Source: Candidatus Magasanikbacteria bacterium RIFOXYC2_FULL_42_28
Lineage (GTDB): Bacteria; Patescibacteriota; Patescibacteriia; Magasanikbacterales; GWA2-37-8
Assembly (NCBI GenBank): GCA_001784435.1
Contig: MFQZ01000001.1
Span: 156,205-220,204, forward strand
Direction: 5' to 3'
Length of the DNA stretch: 64,000 nucleotides
Under the pieces are notes generated by a model. It saw only the letters and a program-made list of their open reading frames with translations. It was not told where the DNA came from and searched no databases. The first letter of the stretch is position 1. Each line of letters opens with the position of its first letter. Shown piece after piece: positions 31,301 to 41,234 of the stretch. A program made the position numbers and the translations under genes.

Positions 31301-34084
31301 AAATTCAAAATAATCATTATTTAAATCAATACTGGAAACATTACGGTTATTTGGTTTAACTTGCACGGAATATTTTTGATTGAGAGACAGACCGGAGGGA
31401 ATTTTTATCAATATTTTTTCATTAGTCCAAGTATCACCGCAATTATCACCAATATAAACCTGGCCATTTGCCACCACCGCGCCGTCGCCATCTTTTCTAA
31501 ACCAAACAACGCCCGGGCTTTCGCCAAAATTCCGACCGGTGATAAATACATATTCATTGGTAGCGCCTGCGCGCGGAGAAATGCCGGTAATTACCACATC
31601 GCTGTTTTCACTTTCTGGCACCTCGGAGCCGGATTTTACAGTGAAACGAATACTATTGCTCTCGGCATTGTCAAGATGGCGTTTTATTTTTACGCCAACC
31701 GCGCCACTGCCCAATTGTGGTACTACGGCCCATAAATTATCCGCAAACCAATTAGTGCCTGATTTCATCGCCGCCACTGTTTCGCCAAAATATATTTCAC
31801 CACCATTAACACCAAAATGATTACCCTCTAAATAAACATCACTTCCCGGAGTGGAACTGCTGGGAGCAATTCTACACAAACCCGGCCGTGAACTGGTATT
31901 AACAATAAAATCCAAATCCAATCCCCAATTGTCTTTAATTAAATCAAGATTATTATCGGTAATATCGGTTCTGCTACTACCGGCGCGACCGTCAACAGCC
32001 GCCTCTACTTTAATTGGGCCACTTTGCGCGTCTGTTGGGACTTGGGCAATGATTTGATTGTCCGTCCAAGTGCGTTTGGGATCGCAGGGTAATTGGGCTT
32101 CTTGCCAGACAATCGGTCCCCCACCAATTTTTTGCATGTTAAAATCATCCAAATAAACGGTGGCGGTGCGAACGGACGCGTATTGATCCAATCCCCACTT
32201 AAAATATAGTTTATTAGTATCATTTTGGCCATGATTTTTTAAAACGTATTCATACTTACGCCAACCACTACTCAAAGGAAAACCGAGCACGCAATCGCTG
32301 TTGCGACTGCCGACACATTCCCCAGTGTTCGCCACTCTTTGTTCGGTAAAATTATAAATTTTGCCACCGTCAAAAGAAATTGTTAAAAACAACTGTGCTC
32401 CAACCGTTGGACTGTACGCGTATACTGAACCAAGATAACTTTCACTTGATTTAATATTTTCAATTGGCGCGGACCACAAATACACCCAGCCATCTGAAAC
32501 GTTTTTATCAATTTTAATCATTTTTTCACCGGTATGAGCCAAGGACGAATTGAGATTTGTTCTGGTGGCTTTCCCAGCTGAAAAAGCTTGGCTGACTGAA
32601 AAACTATTATTTAAAGGACCATCCGCGTACAAACTGGGATTACCATTTATATTACTGACAAAATAAACCTTCCCCGGCTCGCTCCCAAAATATCGCCCAT
32701 TAATGGAAACATAATTCCCCGGCGCGCCGTTGTTAGGATCAAGTCCGCGAATTTCCAAACGTCTTTCGCACACACCGGAACCACTGACGGAAACAGCGCA
32801 AAAACCGGTACAGCAATCAGAATTTTTGGAACAACTATTGCCGGCGACGCACTGCGCTTCTTCCAAACGCAAATCTATCTGCCTACTCACTTCCGCGGTA
32901 AAAGCGGCCCAATCCGTGCCCAAAACACGCAAGTTATAATTGCCAACACGCCAGCCGGATGTCTTCCAAGTAAGGGTAAAAGAGTCCGTTTTTTTACACT
33001 CGGTAAAAGTTTCGTCGTCTTGCGAATACCGGCTATCGCCAACATATAACAACGCGTTTTGCAAACCAAAATCATCATTATAAGTTACGTTTACGGAAAC
33101 ATCCTCACCCCGAAACGCCGAATCCGGCGCGGATATGGTTATGGTTGGCGCTGTTCTATCCACACCCGAACCGGCGGTGAAATCCACCGGCCCACACCCC
33201 TCACCATCGCTACAACTTAAATTTTTGGCTTCATTTTGAGTCGGGTAACCGGCGCGCGTCTTGATACCGTCCGACCGACCACCCGGCAACATCAATTCAT
33301 ATTTACCACCGGCGTCAAAACAGTCGTCCGCCCCGGCATCGCCACAATCACCATTAGGCGTAAACTTAACGGCGGTATCGTTGGTGTCGGCAACATAACT
33401 CCAAACTCCCTCTACCTTTTCCGATGTTGAAACAACATATACAATCCTAAAGGAGCTATTATTTAAAGAATCCAAATTAGGCGGTTCGGAAAATACCACC
33501 ACCGGGTGATAGTTACGGATACAAACATCTCCATTTGGCGGTAATAGTTCAACTTGAAATTCCCGTTTAGGATCGCAACCGGCCGGATTGGGACAGCCAT
33601 TTGGGCCGTCTTCGCCACATTCGCCACCGCGGTCTACCGGACCTTCCCCTTCACGAAATTCACCCGATTCCGGTTCTCGCACGCCATTATAACAATGCGC
33701 TGGCAAAAATCCGGTCGCTCTTGCTAAACTTTTAATAACAAAACTGGTAATGGCAAAAGCGGACAAAATTATTACCAGACCAATTAAGGAATTTTTAATC
33801 AATGTTTTGGCTTCGGTAACTTTTTCTTCGTTCCCGCCGGCCGTCATCCAAATAAACCCGGCGTATAACATCAAACATAAAACTATTATCCCCAAAAACC
33901 CAAGCACGGCGCGAATAATTTTGGCAATCACCAATCGGATATCCGTGCTACCCAAACCAATGGTCTCCCCTATTTCGGCAATCCCCAAATCCTGCGCCCA
34001 CACAGTGGAAGCAAAAAATAAACCGCCAAACAAAAGCGTTAGGACAAATGATGCGATGAATAATTTTTTGGGATTCCTCGGCAT
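22373..34084 (-). CDS. giant (3903 aa) secreted/surface protein: VirB2/TrbC-pilin-like N-terminal module + Ig-like/LamG-like domains + many Cys-rich CGDG...EECD repeats
   Basis: Single uninterrupted ORF. N-terminus has a signal peptide and two hydrophobic helices joined by TAGGNEEKV. The CxxCGDGxxxxGEECD class (myxo-type disulfide repeat) occurs at least 10 times. A LamG/concanavalin-like segment lies near the middle. Confidence 0.85.
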   Translation of the reverse strand: MPRNPKKLFIASFVLTLLFGGLFFASTVWAQDLGIAEIGETIGLGSTDIRLVIAKIIRAVLGFLGIIVLCLMLYAGFIWMTAGGNEEKVTEAKTLIKNSLIGLVIILSAFAITSFVIKSLARATGFLPAHCYNGVREPESGEFREGEGPVDRGGECGEDGPNGCPNPAGCDPKREFQVELLPPNGDVCIRNYHPVVVFSEPPNLDSLNNSSFRIVYVVSTSEKVEGVWSYVADTNDTAVKFTPNGDCGDAGADDCFDAGGKYELMLPGGRSDGIKTRAGYPTQNEAKNLSCSDGEGCGPVDFTAGSGVDRTAPTITISAPDSAFRGEDVSVNVTYNDDFGLQNALLYVGDSRYSQDDETFTECKKTDSFTLTWKTSGWRVGNYNLRVLGTDWAAFTAEVSRQIDLRLEEAQCVAGNSCSKNSDCCTGFCAVSVSGSGVCERRLEIRGLDPNNGAPGNYVSINGRYFGSEPGKVYFVSNINGNPSLYADGPLNNSFSVSQAFSAGKATRTNLNSSLAHTGEKMIKIDKNVSDGWVYLWSAPIENIKSSESYLGSVYAYSPTVGAQLFLTISFDGGKIYNFTEQRVANTGECVGSRNSDCVLGFPLSSGWRKYEYVLKNHGQNDTNKLYFKWGLDQYASVRTATVYLDDFNMQKIGGGPIVWQEAQLPCDPKRTWTDNQIIAQVPTDAQSGPIKVEAAVDGRAGSSRTDITDNNLDLIKDNWGLDLDFIVNTSSRPGLCRIAPSSSTPGSDVYLEGNHFGVNGGEIYFGETVAAMKSGTNWFADNLWAVVPQLGSGAVGVKIKRHLDNAESNSIRFTVKSGSEVPESENSDVVITGISPRAGATNEYVFITGRNFGESPGVVWFRKDGDGAVVANGQVYIGDNCGDTWTNEKILIKIPSGLSLNQKYSVQVKPNNRNVSSIDLNNDYFEFVGGEPAPGICALSNYSGPIPYPDEDGLKIFGDHFLSDDDTVGISTTIFFSRNKVAEKLAITDNEIKVSPVEGTVSGAIEVRRASDNKVSNQVDFTVQNCLENTNACNKDTEQCCGRDTGQPGVCIAGNLRCKNDTLSTGYMWRFSTAGIPEPLRVVERCDASVMAGLALPSPSPSLLWRQGGGDPQENVCRGALISIEFSRADINLINTNVPGTDLNALVVLECTGGIDAVQQNCLTTGVAPTKVSVVNTGDSRGVLLPGVSSQSGANSQHAYLSLRPTSTYNHNTGHWIPNTWYQVKLYNNIRANGTGASSTPIIADRPCGDGTAYCFAFHTDPTGRQCELEKVIVTPYEYWTNHLEELLIGRTASGREYDLFYRGNGLSTDRCIMMDVSGYGWNWRSGNIAYSNIVGTTTMDKAQVSALQNTVGVNLTNPLNAVNIFADATTNTASVTKTKTGTSTLTIDLSDPKVVDYWPQCFEACPSAEIGVKFNISMSTANLDKENGAVRLDKCNDVNCFTTEPVTLADVKNQPDKSLIILTPETDLEQSKYYVVSISNEYPGELSSPATAPDVLWSLGNIFSPSSYSKPFNKNLTWKFRTKDQACLIDRVDVAPEVFSTRRITDKSFYFATPYSAPDACSAQGQRLNAYDVGWNWQSSDTDVATVTPFRTLGQNKNCTDRCVRKGSDVPFATTTSGAVDRFIACGNGTVEAGEDCDLPSATGGCTLTCLYSGNTNTTNTTSTVDIGLCGDSFVSSTKGEECDPGSADITKRVNCNAFNCLWTGSTAEPKANNVNASVCGDRKVTVGEECDVAIPPDDILMTTSSRNCSAQCLHTGTRMTNYWFQQPGNERPAGFATTTYDFYKNVSYSQCGDGVTSADEDPECEASFLDEDVYPKPCNKYCQMVDYKVSLYSTDGWDFATKPLYAGACVFGEEGCNISDYRPLGSSLSYSNPSVCGDGITGTGEVDYCESTTSTDFIKYSRAATTTGLYRFDPWVLAKGVGMGATGTNAVGAGVAQVALISATTNQNTAGGSGTAKTDSGRFEIKCGYQNDDECVSVAGLPNDNTYGVGNNSCCYARPQKTANYPLDDADDVCLNTSISASFDHPIDKNSITGNFLIARQLLATSTCYTGGEDVTELVVAFENQQLSWPKRLLKRALAWFNNLFGRQTASADVWCVGGDTGAVEVNNEFDPDTKLFSTSTLKVNLNRPLSADADYTIILKNGLKDTRGVSIGAVIRWSFETGNEICEVENISLSPTEVYFARANATTTMHVTARTDASRGNQIIAPIANFYAWDYIWGPAPSVSNPFVEFAPATTSASVANGDNILKALNKNGEIDVYATANVVANQYTARRGPVATGQAHAIVFLCENPWPPKDLPSNGARIFPYEDKLNNDDGFNLATDAFDGSSIDPSTVEETNTSGYYNFRTYYCADSGVSGRGDDLPYLRAAVQTSTAQLEVAKGACSFTGEECDLGVAADEQCNAKFTVTTTRSVFYSKYSTKICRVAKAPAYDSAALYYLDKNNSPLSCTNQDSCDDDDGFKVWKDTIPSDYDSTICSNLIYPSLNFEDPVCIAQPQLLKRFIFTDTNSRGVSDAVGISVFSNQYFLSPRDWLAGNKQSGGKDFNVNNFRDLKVGGYDAVSDGNNVYVEALNYSAGGSANLKSNIYLFSLNKNSGATMKNVFEQFMNNLTLNTNLTNTNYCVDSLEVDPPVLSPDSVPCRTDIDCASAGHSEQKCANQIDKLKRNYNRLRGLGAIEKSLANYADANAGKYPPLPQGTYLSGQTVSTWPSWSVLGTATGRSLPTDPINRLAPAGSCAYTADNIAKFCHVDTDCDSTITDNKCLLHDATTNWLTTGTSTADRRFSFACDPTSLAYRYIVSTSSPNYMVRYLLEPKEYSLSYAFNALIPKFIVTTSRFVSDPTGICLASEEISTMQSGFCGDGKLNLNLGEDCDPPQALEYGNVCTGGTRTLKTCSANCKWEETEGGVDCLDRTKCGNGKLDLGESCDDGVLNGRYGKCNNTCEATSTLYCGNGALDEPYEFCDTVSSKCAYATGAGVSTPSPYACSVYAMSNSYSCKSDCSGFGSYCGDGVIDASQGEECDGEPVCSVGGSSGVRNCLSCRKVSALAEWGMDNLAGLSPGSRPASGGAIRYVYPFSGDKFNLHKIFSVINVSSTATGDFPQYPQVVSDGKIGGAFKNSYNKRLFLYTSSTLPNYSGFEITGTSSISLWINPDDHPWDSVNVHRFNTIIEKGGMDTNNCGFTLRRDISNNDLLFYAMGAISSTYSARCSVADNYERQPGGGARFAGSPDPLTISGAAPPNTWTHLVVVNNSASARVYVNGVLKITTSKPLNNLTDCGNYSFGADNWYGSAINYVNIVGGYTHSDHTHPYSGSTASGSGCLTSSGAIEGDWMIPKQDWYFYYGKMDELKYFDRALSTPEVKDLFDSYRDLGGWMCTASTTPNSGPVAPTGCGNGHVESETEACDNSQVNAVTGALIYNNNGQTCRPGYNRPCTYCSADCRNVIRKEASGWCGDGVINTSSPERCENVGINTYSSVTGTNIYGTITDDVNGYHVYRCDQLVAPLNVSTSYWANLIYQTNLEQYTPRQIGDRKCNSSCSEIQDNCVACGKDNTNGVAVSGNIINVIEPSSIDPIYDYLYAGTSHSGLLELFYSKPTVNYSQSSTISLAQMLRVGIDSPTASSYALREGGNGIGSVKVNSDLRCSIKDDNLAAYYLTVNGYRAFVTNTPNAPIRRKFFPVRADSTPADFDLLLSPRINASSTQQKGHIRVVLSWVGDASKQLSAGFVTAINGGNTVVAKEGTDFNSAIGRSYFTETGSNFLKQGIWYHGITTTASGLNMESFTINTNAMGANPFIFYVRTDDDSAINYYRNNGGVKVEVYEPDFDTNIDYASDSRFSFPVRTFELKDARQLSALDLDYDPAIDDNPNASAWHVFNIKSLYPNPVASAEVSLEENLNYIRSSRNYLRFSY

Positions 34085-34106
34085 GTTAATAAAACTTTAT
34101 TATTTT

Positions 34107-36221
34107 TTACGGTTCGTTAATACAATTTTCAATACTGCTCCCGATGCTTGGTCGCGCTCCGCCTTTACAACAAAACGAATTGTTAATATTGTCAGTCACC
34201 GCGCAACAATTAGTGCTATTCCCGTCGCTATCCACCACACAGTCCGCTGAATCCAAATCACCACCGGCCGATTCGTTTGGACCCTTGCCCGGATAAAAAC
34301 AATTAAAATTCACATCTACTACAACTGAAGTTACCACCGGTAAATAATCCTGACGCAAACCATCCGATCGCAAGCCATCCAAAAATGGACCGTGTCGCAT
34401 ATTTACTGTGGTTTGACCGCCGGATGATGACGCGCGCGGAACTTTGGAAAGCCGAGGATATTGCGGTGGATTTTCTCTTATTTCAATATCATACAACGGA
34501 TCCATCCGCATTAATTTGCTAAATAACATTGTTAATGGCTCGCGCGGCGGCACATAACCGGCGTCTAAACCCGGGTGAACATTGATTAAATAGGGCGGCT
34601 CTAAATCCATTTCATCTTCTATCGTAAATTTCCACCAATCATTGTCCGGTTTTTCCCATTGGCTTTCCGCTCCGGCTGACAAAAATACCGCGCCGATATT
34701 AGGCGCCACATCTACCACTTCGTCCTTATTGCCATTCAAAGCGTTGCCCACCATATCCATCACACCGGAAAAAGGCAAAGCTTCAAAGGTGGACGAATTA
34801 ATTGTTTGGCCGGCTTTTAATAACAATTCATACCCATCAGGTGGCAAACAATAAATCGGCATACCACAAGTATTCACGCCACACTGCGTTGTGGGCGTAA
34901 ATTCTAAGGTGCGATAACCGTTGGTTAAAACAAAATTACCGGCCGGCCTAACGCCAGTATCGGTTTTTAAAAATATATTATCGCCAGCCAAAGCAAAATA
35001 TCCGCTCGTAGCGGTAAACTCGCCTTGCACGCCGGACGGATCAATGGCTTCATTAAAATCAATTTGAATAACGGAATTTTTGGGCGCGGAATCATTGTTG
35101 CGAGCCGGGTAAACCCGCTCTACTATCGGTGGAGTTAAATCCAATTCAGTATTAACGGTAAATTGCCATAAATAATAATTATCCCCGGCGCCGTACCTGA
35201 TATCGGCGGTAGACGCGGTAATGGCTCGCGGATTATCGTTAAGCGAATCATCTAAGCGAATATCTTTTCCCAAACGCACGCTATAGACGGTATCTTCCAA
35301 AGTATTGCCTAAATAACCGCCACCAGTAGCGCGATCTGCCAAATTGGTGATGGGTTTTAAAACTATTGTATACACGCCGCCGGGCAAACCCGCTGTTGAG
35401 GTAATATATGCTCCGGTAATTACCGCGTCGGCAATGGACTCGCCGGTGGCGATATTTTTGATATCAATTAAATTATCGCTTAACTTACCATCCATTTTTT
35501 TCAGTCGATCACAATGATCTAACCAATTAAATGACGAGGTAGTAATACAATTCCCTAAAATACCATCCCCCACACCAAGCACTCCGTCAACGGTGCGCCC
35601 AGTGTCAGTCCGTCCATCATCACTAACATCATCCACCAAATCCTCCAATCGAATCGGTTTTCTAAAAGTAATCGCGATTTTGGTATTGCGCGCGACATCA
35701 ATTTGATCACGCTCGGGGTAATGATCTTTAATTATTCTCCCCAAAGCACCCGAACCGACAAAATTAGTCGTGCCCGGCGGATTTAAACCACCACTACCAT
35801 CATTAAAACTAACACCCAGCATTTTCATAATAAACAACACAATGCTGTAAGAGGCCAAAATAATCGCGAGACCAATGGCCGCGTTTTTCAAAATCGCTTT
35901 GGCTTTACCAATCTGTTCGTCATTGCCACCGGCCGTCATGTACAAATAACCGCCGTAAATAATTAAGACCAACAAAATAATACCAATAAACCCGAGCACG
36001 GCGCGAATAATCCGCGCGATAATTACCCGAATATCCAAAGATGGCAAACCGGCCGCCTCGCCGGTAATTTGAGTGCTTTCGGTAATAATATCGGTTGGCG
36101 CCACTTGCGCGAAAACCGGAAAAGCCGGAGAAATCAATAACAAAACCGCCGCTAATAATACCCCCAAGAGCGCGGCGGTTTTGAAAAATTTAAAATAAGT
36201 TTTTCTAATCCATTGAAGCAT
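34107..36221 (-). CDS. 704-aa paralog sharing the pilin-like N-terminal module of the giant protein
   Basis: DIRVIIARIIRAVLGFIGIILLVLIIYGGYLYMTAGGNDEQIGKAKAILKNAAIGLAIILASYSIVLFIMK versus giant DIRLVIAKIIRAVLGFLGIIVLCLMLYAGFIWMTAGGNEEKVTEAKTLIKNSLIGLVIILSAFAITSFVIK. Start moved to MLQWIRKTYFKFF (signal peptide). Confidence 0.75.
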   Translation of the reverse strand: MLQWIRKTYFKFFKTAALLGVLLAAVLLLISPAFPVFAQVAPTDIITESTQITGEAAGLPSLDIRVIIARIIRAVLGFIGIILLVLIIYGGYLYMTAGGNDEQIGKAKAILKNAAIGLAIILASYSIVLFIMKMLGVSFNDGSGGLNPPGTTNFVGSGALGRIIKDHYPERDQIDVARNTKIAITFRKPIRLEDLVDDVSDDGRTDTGRTVDGVLGVGDGILGNCITTSSFNWLDHCDRLKKMDGKLSDNLIDIKNIATGESIADAVITGAYITSTAGLPGGVYTIVLKPITNLADRATGGGYLGNTLEDTVYSVRLGKDIRLDDSLNDNPRAITASTADIRYGAGDNYYLWQFTVNTELDLTPPIVERVYPARNNDSAPKNSVIQIDFNEAIDPSGVQGEFTATSGYFALAGDNIFLKTDTGVRPAGNFVLTNGYRTLEFTPTTQCGVNTCGMPIYCLPPDGYELLLKAGQTINSSTFEALPFSGVMDMVGNALNGNKDEVVDVAPNIGAVFLSAGAESQWEKPDNDWWKFTIEDEMDLEPPYLINVHPGLDAGYVPPREPLTMLFSKLMRMDPLYDIEIRENPPQYPRLSKVPRASSSGGQTTVNMRHGPFLDGLRSDGLRQDYLPVVTSVVVDVNFNCFYPGKGPNESAGGDLDSADCVVDSDGNSTNCCAVTDNINNSFCCKGGARPSIGSSIENCINEP

Positions 36222-36264
36222 GAGCAACGGATTAAATGAATATATTCCGACTGAAACGTCGGGA

Positions 36265-36501
36265 TTAGCGTCTACGAGTTTGTACTTCGGGCAAACGACC
36301 AATTTTTTTCAGATATTCCATTTTGGACGATACCGTTAAGCGATGAATAGCACTACGCTTGCGCGCGGTTTTGCTTTTATCGCGATCGTGGAATCTGATT
36401 TTTTTGGCCTGCAGGATTTTGCCTGACTGTTGCCAGCGCTTTTTTACGCGCCGCATATACGCCTCAAAGGACTCACTCCGCTTGCGTTTTATTTCTGACA
36501 C
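36265..36501 (-). CDS. rpsU: 30S ribosomal protein S21
   Basis: Basic 78-aa protein, ...YMRRVKKRWQQSGKILQAKKIRFHDRDKSKTARKRSA...; GTG start with upstream GGAGGTG RBS and a TTGACT-17-TATACT promoter. Confidence 0.75.
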   Translation of the reverse strand: MSEIKRKRSESFEAYMRRVKKRWQQSGKILQAKKIRFHDRDKSKTARKRSAIHRLTVSSKMEYLKKIGRLPEVQTRRR

Positions 36502-36614
36502 AAAATTTCACCTCCATTAAAAATAAATACTATTAACCTTCTATTAGTATAGACCAAAAACACCCAGAAGTCAAACTTAAGTTTTCCCCAACGCTCAGCG
36601 TTGGTTAAGGCGCG

Positions 36615-38006
36615 CTAAGCGCGCCCCAATTTACGTTTGACCAGCCCTTCTACCTTTTTCACATCCGCCACCTCTTGAATGCCTGATTCCATATCGCGGA
36701 TAATCACAGTTTTGTCCTGCACTTCTTTTTGACCGATAATTAAAACAAACTGTACTTTGGCGCTATCAGCTAACTCCATTTGCGCTTTCAGCGAACTTTT
36801 GGAAAAATTAAAACCAACTTTAATCCCGCTCGCGCGCAAATCATTTAACAACCGCAAACTTACCCGTCGCCCCTCTTCGCCCAGTTGCGCCAGATAAATA
36901 TCTAATTTCTCCCGAGGCACTTCGGAATTGGTCTTGGTTAAATTTTCGCGCCAAGCGCTGACGATTCGGTCTAACCCCAAAGAAAATCCGCAAGCCGGAG
37001 TTGGTTTACCGCCCAATTGTTCCGCCAATAAATCATAACGTCCGCCCCCGCCCAAAGCGCTTTGCGCGCCCCCCTCGATATCAGTAACATAAAATTCAAA
37101 AACCGTGTGCGTATAATAATCTAATCCGCGCACGAGGGCGTGGTCTAATTGATAAGGAATCTCCACGGCATCCAAATACTCCAATACCTTCATCAAATGA
37201 TTTTTGGATTCCGAACCAAGATAATCAATAATCTGGGGAGCGTTATCTTTGGTTTCACGACACTCTTCGGCCTTACAATCCAACAAACGTAGCGGGTTAC
37301 GATTCAAACGATTTTTACAATCACCACAAATATAACTGCGCTTGGAGCGGTAATAAGAAACCAATTCGTTGCGATAACGTTCGCGCTCCTCCGGTATGCC
37401 CAAACTATTTAAACGCACGGTAACCGACAATCCTAAATCCTTATACAAATCATACGCAATTAGTATGAGTTCCGCGTCGACGGACGGATCCGAGCTACCA
37501 AGCGATTCAAAACCGACCTGCCAAAATTGACGATAACGGCCGGCCTGGGGACGATCGTGGCGAAACATCGGCCCATAATACCATAATTTTACCGGCTGGG
37601 ATTGATTCCAAAGCCCATTGCCAATATAGGCGCGCACGACCGAGGCGGTATTTTCGGGACGCAAGCACACTTTGGTGCCGTCTTTATCTTCAAAAAGATA
37701 CATTTCTTTATCCACCACGTCTGTCCCTTTACCAACACTTCGGACAAATAAACTGGCTTCTTCTAAAAGCGGGGTCTCAATCCGGCCATATTGAAAATAT
37801 TGCCCCAAATCTTCGATGCTGTGATACAATTTTTTCCAATAACGTTCTTCTTTCGGCAAAATATCGCGCATCCCGCGCAAAACCGAATAGGTCTTGGCGA
37901 TTTTTTCGCCTTTGGATTTAACTGACTTGGACGCTGATTTTTTCCCGCCCGAAGCGGACCAGCCTTTGGCGGATTTTTCTTTAGATTTTTTTACAGACAT
38001 ACCCAT
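36615..38006 (-). CDS. hisS: histidine--tRNA ligase
   Basis: Class II motifs; RGMRD histidine-binding motif; Lys/Ser-rich N-terminal extension. Confidence 0.9.
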   Translation of the reverse strand: MGMSVKKSKEKSAKGWSASGGKKSASKSVKSKGEKIAKTYSVLRGMRDILPKEERYWKKLYHSIEDLGQYFQYGRIETPLLEEASLFVRSVGKGTDVVDKEMYLFEDKDGTKVCLRPENTASVVRAYIGNGLWNQSQPVKLWYYGPMFRHDRPQAGRYRQFWQVGFESLGSSDPSVDAELILIAYDLYKDLGLSVTVRLNSLGIPEERERYRNELVSYYRSKRSYICGDCKNRLNRNPLRLLDCKAEECRETKDNAPQIIDYLGSESKNHLMKVLEYLDAVEIPYQLDHALVRGLDYYTHTVFEFYVTDIEGGAQSALGGGGRYDLLAEQLGGKPTPACGFSLGLDRIVSAWRENLTKTNSEVPREKLDIYLAQLGEEGRRVSLRLLNDLRASGIKVGFNFSKSSLKAQMELADSAKVQFVLIIGQKEVQDKTVIIRDMESGIQEVADVKKVEGLVKRKLGRA

Positions 38007-38015
38007 AAATATTTT

Positions 38016-38612
38016 TTATAAATCAAATTCCGGTGTTTTAAAAATTTGTACGCGCGAAAACGGCCAACCGCGAAACCAAGCGCGCCCGACAATTAAATTT
38101 CGATCTACCGGTCCAAACCGACGCGAATCATAACTGTTGGCGCGATTATCACCCAAGACAAAAAACTGATCCGGCCCCAAAGTAACCAACCGCTCGCCAT
38201 CAGTGAGAAGATTGACTGGCAAATAATCTTCTTTGACCATTGCCCCCTCGGGATGTTCTTGATTATAAACCAACACTTGGCCACCGGTAACTTTTACCCG
38301 TTCGCCCGGCAATCCGATAATTCTTTTTAAAAAATATTCTTTCGGGTTATCAGGGTATTTAAAAACAATAACATCGCCCCGTTTAGGTTCATTAAGGCGG
38401 TAAGTAATTTCGTCGATTATCAAATATTCGTGATCATAAAAAGTCGGCTCCATCGAAGCGCCTTTGACATAAAACGGCTTAAACAAATAATAGCGCACGA
38501 GGGCGATAGTGAGGCCGGCCAAAATGGCGATTTTTAAAAATTCCAAAATAAACAAACCGGCGCCGGCCAGATATTTTTTCGCGCCTTGTCCCAGGGATTG
38601 TTCGTCAGTCAT
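38016..38612 (-). CDS. lepB: signal peptidase I
   Basis: GASMEPTF (box B), LKRIIGLPGERV, GDNRANSYDSR (box E). Confidence 0.9.
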   Translation of the reverse strand: MTDEQSLGQGAKKYLAGAGLFILEFLKIAILAGLTIALVRYYLFKPFYVKGASMEPTFYDHEYLIIDEITYRLNEPKRGDVIVFKYPDNPKEYFLKRIIGLPGERVKVTGGQVLVYNQEHPEGAMVKEDYLPVNLLTDGERLVTLGPDQFFVLGDNRANSYDSRRFGPVDRNLIVGRAWFRGWPFSRVQIFKTPEFDL

Positions 38613-38672
38613 AGTGGAGATATAGTAGCAGAAAAAAACAAAAAAAGCAAGTTTGCTTTTTTAATTAATTAG

Positions 38673-38746
38673 TGGGCAATTCAGGAATCGAACCTGAGAC
38701 CTCGTCATTATCAGTGACGCGCTCTAACCATCTGAGCTAATTGCCC
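38673..38746 (-). tRNA. tRNA-Ile (anticodon GAT)
   Basis: Reverse complement gggcaattagctcagatggttagagcgcgtcactgataatgacgaggtctcaggttcgattcctgaattgccca. Confidence 0.85.
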
Positions 38747-38762
38747 GTTTTAAATACCTTGG

Positions 38763-38836
38763 TGGGCGACACAGGAGTTGAACCTGTGACCTTTACAATG
38801 TCAATGTAACGCTCTAACCAACTGAGCTAGTCGCCC
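38763..38836 (-). tRNA. tRNA-Val (anticodon GAC)
   Basis: Reverse complement gggcgactagctcagttggttagagcgttacattgacattgtaaaggtcacaggttcaactcctgtgtcgccca; anticodon loop ttgacat. Confidence 0.8.
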
Positions 38837-39057
38837 ATAATTTACAAACACTATACCAAATTAAAAGAAAAAAATCAAGCCCCCCTAAACCAGATGCTTC
38901 GCATCGGTTCAGGGCTACGCCATAAAAACAAAAACACCCCCGATAACGAGGGTGCTTAACAACACAAACGTGACAAAAACCCTCGTCTATAACTCCTCCC
39001 CCGACTGAGTCGGGGTTCGACTGGATACCGTTCGGCTTTCGCCAAACGAGTTCTCCG

Positions 39058-40657
<1,600 letters not shown>

Positions 40658-41164
40658 AAAAAAAGTTCAATTAAGAACTATCAGAGAAGAGTGAAAAAAA
40701 TTCACTCTGCTAGATTTGAATCTCTTTTGACTGCTAAAGCCAAAAAGAGTTCTGGATTTATTCTGTATGTACGTCTTTCATTGTTTGTACTCAACAAACA
40801 ACTAAGACAATGTTTAGAGAAATAGATTTTGTGATTTTTGTCACGATTTGTATTGTCAACGAACACTGCTTCGCTACGCTACGCAGTGCAAGCATCTACT
40901 TGGACACGTTGCGCAGTGTAAACTTTCTTTCTTTTTACAGAAAGAAAAAAGAGGAACCAAAAATTTCAGTTACTCTTTTTTCTTTCCAGTATCCTATCTA
41001 CCTAACATTCCAAACAACAGCTTTTGGACTTAGAAGAAATCAATTGTTATAAAGTACTTGGTTGCCTTGATTTGTATTAAGCAAACGCAGTTTAACATAT
41101 TGTCAGAAACCTGTCAAGGGGTGGTTTGGGGTAAGGTGGGGATAAAAAAACCTTGATGTGTAGA

Positions 41165-41194
41165 TTGACACCTTATCATAATTTACTGTAATAT
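41165..41194 (+). promoter_or_regulatory. sigma70-like promoter TTGACA-18-TAATAT for the island 2 ORF
   Basis: ttgacaccttatcataatttactgtaatat, then RBS ggagagaaaaATG. Confidence 0.5.
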
Positions 41195-41234
41195 TATAAG
41201 TAACAGGTGGCAAAAAGTCGCCGAGGAGAGAAAA

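Noticed and set aside
22887-34250. Dozens of 60-180-aa ORFs on the plus strand opposite the giant gene
   Set aside because: They are antisense to a continuous 11.7-kb ORF with coherent domain content; they are shadow ORFs.
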